64,000 nt of DNA from Candidatus Bathyarchaeota archaeon (GTDB lineage: Archaea > Thermoproteota > Bathyarchaeia > Bathyarchaeales > Bathycorpusculaceae): contig CAVZIW010000012.1 in the NCBI GenBank assembly GCA_963775465.1, forward strand, positions 86,568 to 150,567. Reading direction: 5' to 3'. Of this stretch, positions 61,456 through 64,000 are shown in pieces; positions within the stretch are counted from its first letter, which is position 1; the number at the start of each line of letters is the position of its first letter. Position numbers and translations under genes: made by a program. The notes beneath the pieces are model-generated. The model saw only the letters and a list, made by a program, of their open reading frames with translations. It was not told the DNA's origin and did not search any database.

Positions 61456-61716
61456 ATGAACACCCAAAAAATAACTCAAACAAAAATTGAACAAACCCCC
61501 CTTGAAAAACAAGCATATGAAGCAAAGAAAGGCTTCAAAATCAACCTAACCGCATATGCGGTTGTCAACAGCATGTTAGTGACCATAAACATGTTGACTA
61601 TTCCCCAGTTCCCTTGGTTTCTGTTCCCAATGAGCGGCTGGGGCTTTGGCCTAACAATGCACTATGTCTTCGGTGTCCGCCGACTAGGCAAACAAGCAAA
61701 ACAAGCACCCGCATAA
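61456..61716 (+). CDS. 2TM-domain protein
   Basis: GFKINLTAYAVVN...PWFLFPM.GWGFGL.MH. Confidence 0.8.
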   Translation: MNTQKITQTKIEQTPLEKQAYEAKKGFKINLTAYAVVNSMLVTINMLTIPQFPWFLFPMSGWGFGLTMHYVFGVRRLGKQAKQAPA

Positions 61717-61746
61717 AACCAGCCGTTAAAACTTGGAGGGAAAGCA

Positions 61747-62028
61747 ATGCAAACCAAAGAAAAAACAGAACGATACTTCTCAATCGAACTTAATTCAAAG
61801 CAATAAATCAAAAACATGACCCTAACAAACAATGGTCAAAAAGAAAACACACTAATCGAAGGAACAATCGGCAACCTAATCAAAGCAACCTTTAACGAAG
61901 ACATCATTTTTGAAGTCACGGGAACCAAAGGAACACTAAGACTTGACCTCCAAGCCAAAAGAAGTATTAGCGGTACCACTAAGATGAAGTCAAAGATGAA
62001 CACGGATAGAAGTTTAACGTTTAAGTGA
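61747..62028 (+). pseudogene. conserved hypothetical protein with in-frame TAA
   Basis: MQTKEKTERYFSIELNSKQ*IKNMTL...LIEGTIG...GTKGTLRLDL; stop at 61804-61806. Confidence 0.5.
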
Positions 62029-63252
62029 CGCAAGCAAAGCTTTAACGTCTTCTACCCAACTATCAATGATTTTCAAGTTCTCCTCTAGCTTTTTTAGGTT
62101 CTTCTCAAACCCTTTGAGCTGCTCTTGCTGATGCAGATAGTACCTAGCTAATTGGTTTAATGGTTCAACAAAATCAGATATTGATGCGTTTGTTTTTAGA
62201 TTGTTTCCTAAAGTTTTAAGGGTTGTTTGCATTTCATCAACGGATAATCCTGTGGTCTTCTTGAAGTCCCTTGAAACCCATTGACGCTCAAAGAGATTAC
62301 GTTTCTTCCAACCTTCAGATTGCTCAAGATAAGTTTTCAGTACTACCCCATAGAGTTCAGAAGTGCTTCTGTTTTCGCTTGATCTTGTTGTCTGCTCTTC
62401 TTTTGGTTGATTTGGTCTCTGTTCCTCGACTTCAGGTTCTTGACCTGTTAAGGGTATTCCAGCTTCCCTTAGCACTTGTATGGAGCTAGTTTCCTGTCCG
62501 TGATACTTCTTAGCAAGTGTAACCGTCATGGCAAAGCCTGCGCCCGCTGCCTCAGGAGAAATCTGAGCATTCTTGTTTAGCTCAAATAATTGTTCAAGAC
62601 TCATTCCCATTAGCGACGCCACCTTTCCTCCACCTTCAACAAAGCCAGGCGTTTTGGAGATTCCTGGACCGATTGTGAAAGCGTAGACGCATGTGCCCTC
62701 CATTTCGGCGGAGATCGTGTTTGATAATTCAACTTGGGCCGTCTTGAAAACCTCATATGCTCCCATGAATGGCGCTGCTCCCGAGGACGACACGCAGACA
62801 AAAACGCCGTGATTGCGCTCAATCATAGGTGGTAGAAACTTTCTTGCTAAACTCACAGGTCCTCTCAGATTTACGCGATAGCTAAAATCCCATAATTCAA
62901 CAGATGTATCCTTGACGGCGCCCATTGGAAACACTGTTGCATTGTTTAGAACAACATCAACTTTGCTGAACTTTTTGAGCGCTACTTCAGATAGTTTCTC
63001 GATGTCTTTCTCATTGCCGATGTCTGTCTTAACAAAAAAGGTCTTTCCTGCTCCGAATTCTTTGTTGATTTTTTCTTCTGCTGCTTTGCCGTTTTTCTCA
63101 TCGATTTCGGCGATAACCACATTCGCACCAAGCCAAACAAGTGATCTTGCCGCTTCAAAACCGATTCCACGTCCACCTCCGGTTACAACGACAACTTCAC
63201 CCTTCAATGAATCCTGAGTTAAATTTCCTTTGCCGATTAGCATACAGGTCAC
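62014..63252 (-). CDS. SDR-family oxidoreductase with C-terminal helical extension
   Basis: VVTGGGRGIG, LNNA, YEVFK. Confidence 0.88.
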   Translation of the reverse strand: MTCMLIGKGNLTQDSLKGEVVVVTGGGRGIGFEAARSLVWLGANVVIAEIDEKNGKAAEEKINKEFGAGKTFFVKTDIGNEKDIEKLSEVALKKFSKVDVVLNNATVFPMGAVKDTSVELWDFSYRVNLRGPVSLARKFLPPMIERNHGVFVCVSSSGAAPFMGAYEVFKTAQVELSNTISAEMEGTCVYAFTIGPGISKTPGFVEGGGKVASLMGMSLEQLFELNKNAQISPEAAGAGFAMTVTLAKKYHGQETSSIQVLREAGIPLTGQEPEVEEQRPNQPKEEQTTRSSENRSTSELYGVVLKTYLEQSEGWKKRNLFERQWVSRDFKKTTGLSVDEMQTTLKTLGNNLKTNASISDFVEPLNQLARYYLHQQEQLKGFEKNLKKLEENLKIIDSWVEDVKALLASLKR

Positions 63253-64000
63253 TTCCCCAAAGTTCTATTCAATTCTTTAAGAGCTTTTCTCTAGCGTCGT
63301 CTAATCTCAAGCTGCCGCCGAGTGTACGAGCTAGTAACACCTTTCGAAAAACAGATTAAGGAAAAATTGGAAAATAGAAAGATTATTTACTCGTGCGTTA
63401 TAGAACATTGTTTGCTTTGGGAAATAGTCAACGAAATCAAATTAGTTAGTGAATTTTTCACAACTGCATCCTTTGACTTCGCATTTGCTCTCTCTAACGT
63501 GTTCATCATAGGAATGTCCACATGTTTTGCAAGGTTTAAGGATTGTAGATGAAAGGATGGCATCTTAACTAAGAATATCGCTCACAGATTCAACTCCAAA
63601 TCAAAAAAATTGTTAAAATTACTAATTATTAAAATTAACGCGTTTTATTCCTAACTCTTGGTGAATTAGCAAACTAGCGTTTTGGCTTTTTTAGACTAAA
63701 AAAGACATAGGATGCACGTGATTTCTCCATATCCAGAGGATTCGAGGCAACGACTGCTTAAAACATCAGGGGGATTGACTTCTATATCCTAATTCATTTC
63801 TTTTTTATTTAGCCTCATTGTCTGCTTTGTTTTCATAGCTTGATTCTCCGTTGGGTTCCGTCTTGGATAGCCCTAACCGTTTTGGAAACAGCCACCTATA
63901 TCACTGGCGAAGCGTTCAAAAAATGAAGCCGCTCTAGATTGCGATCTTAAACCTACTGTCCCAAAAGAAGAAGAGCATTCAGTTAAAGTTTAGTGCTATA

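Noticed and set aside
63322-64000. Short ORFs at the right edge
   Set aside because: No recognisable motifs and frequent stops; a call cannot be supported

Overview
Archaeal chromosomal segment, most consistent with Bathyarchaeia (inferred from gene families such as TrmB, XPB-Bax1, DUF2095 and PEF/EPF-type C-terminal anchors; not checked against a database). Housekeeping blocks lie at both ends: ino1-gcvH-CoA-disulfide-reductase-like, flavodoxins, ferritin, signal peptidase and MFS on the left; GT4, GlpX, DUF2090 aldolase, tRNA-Arg(CCG) and SDR on the right. Between them is a ~45 kb accessory region with two TA pairs, a CBS-HPF protein, IS and mobile-element debris, a broken BREX-3-like locus, and a NurA-HerA / ATPase-PLD / wHTH-PLD / XPB-Bax1 cluster. 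The most striking feature is a three-fold repeated module at 41-54.6 kb, in which a ~700 aa TrmB-family regulator is transcribed divergently from a secreted protein. In two of the three modules the secreted protein is visibly homologous to the regulator's own C-terminal domain and is followed by an HTH-only mini-TrmB, and MFS transporters lie alongside. A ~65 bp copy of the PLD gene's 3' tail recurs twice downstream, resembling att scars. Many single-base frameshifts, including in conserved genes, suggest consensus errors, so pseudogene calls are tentative.
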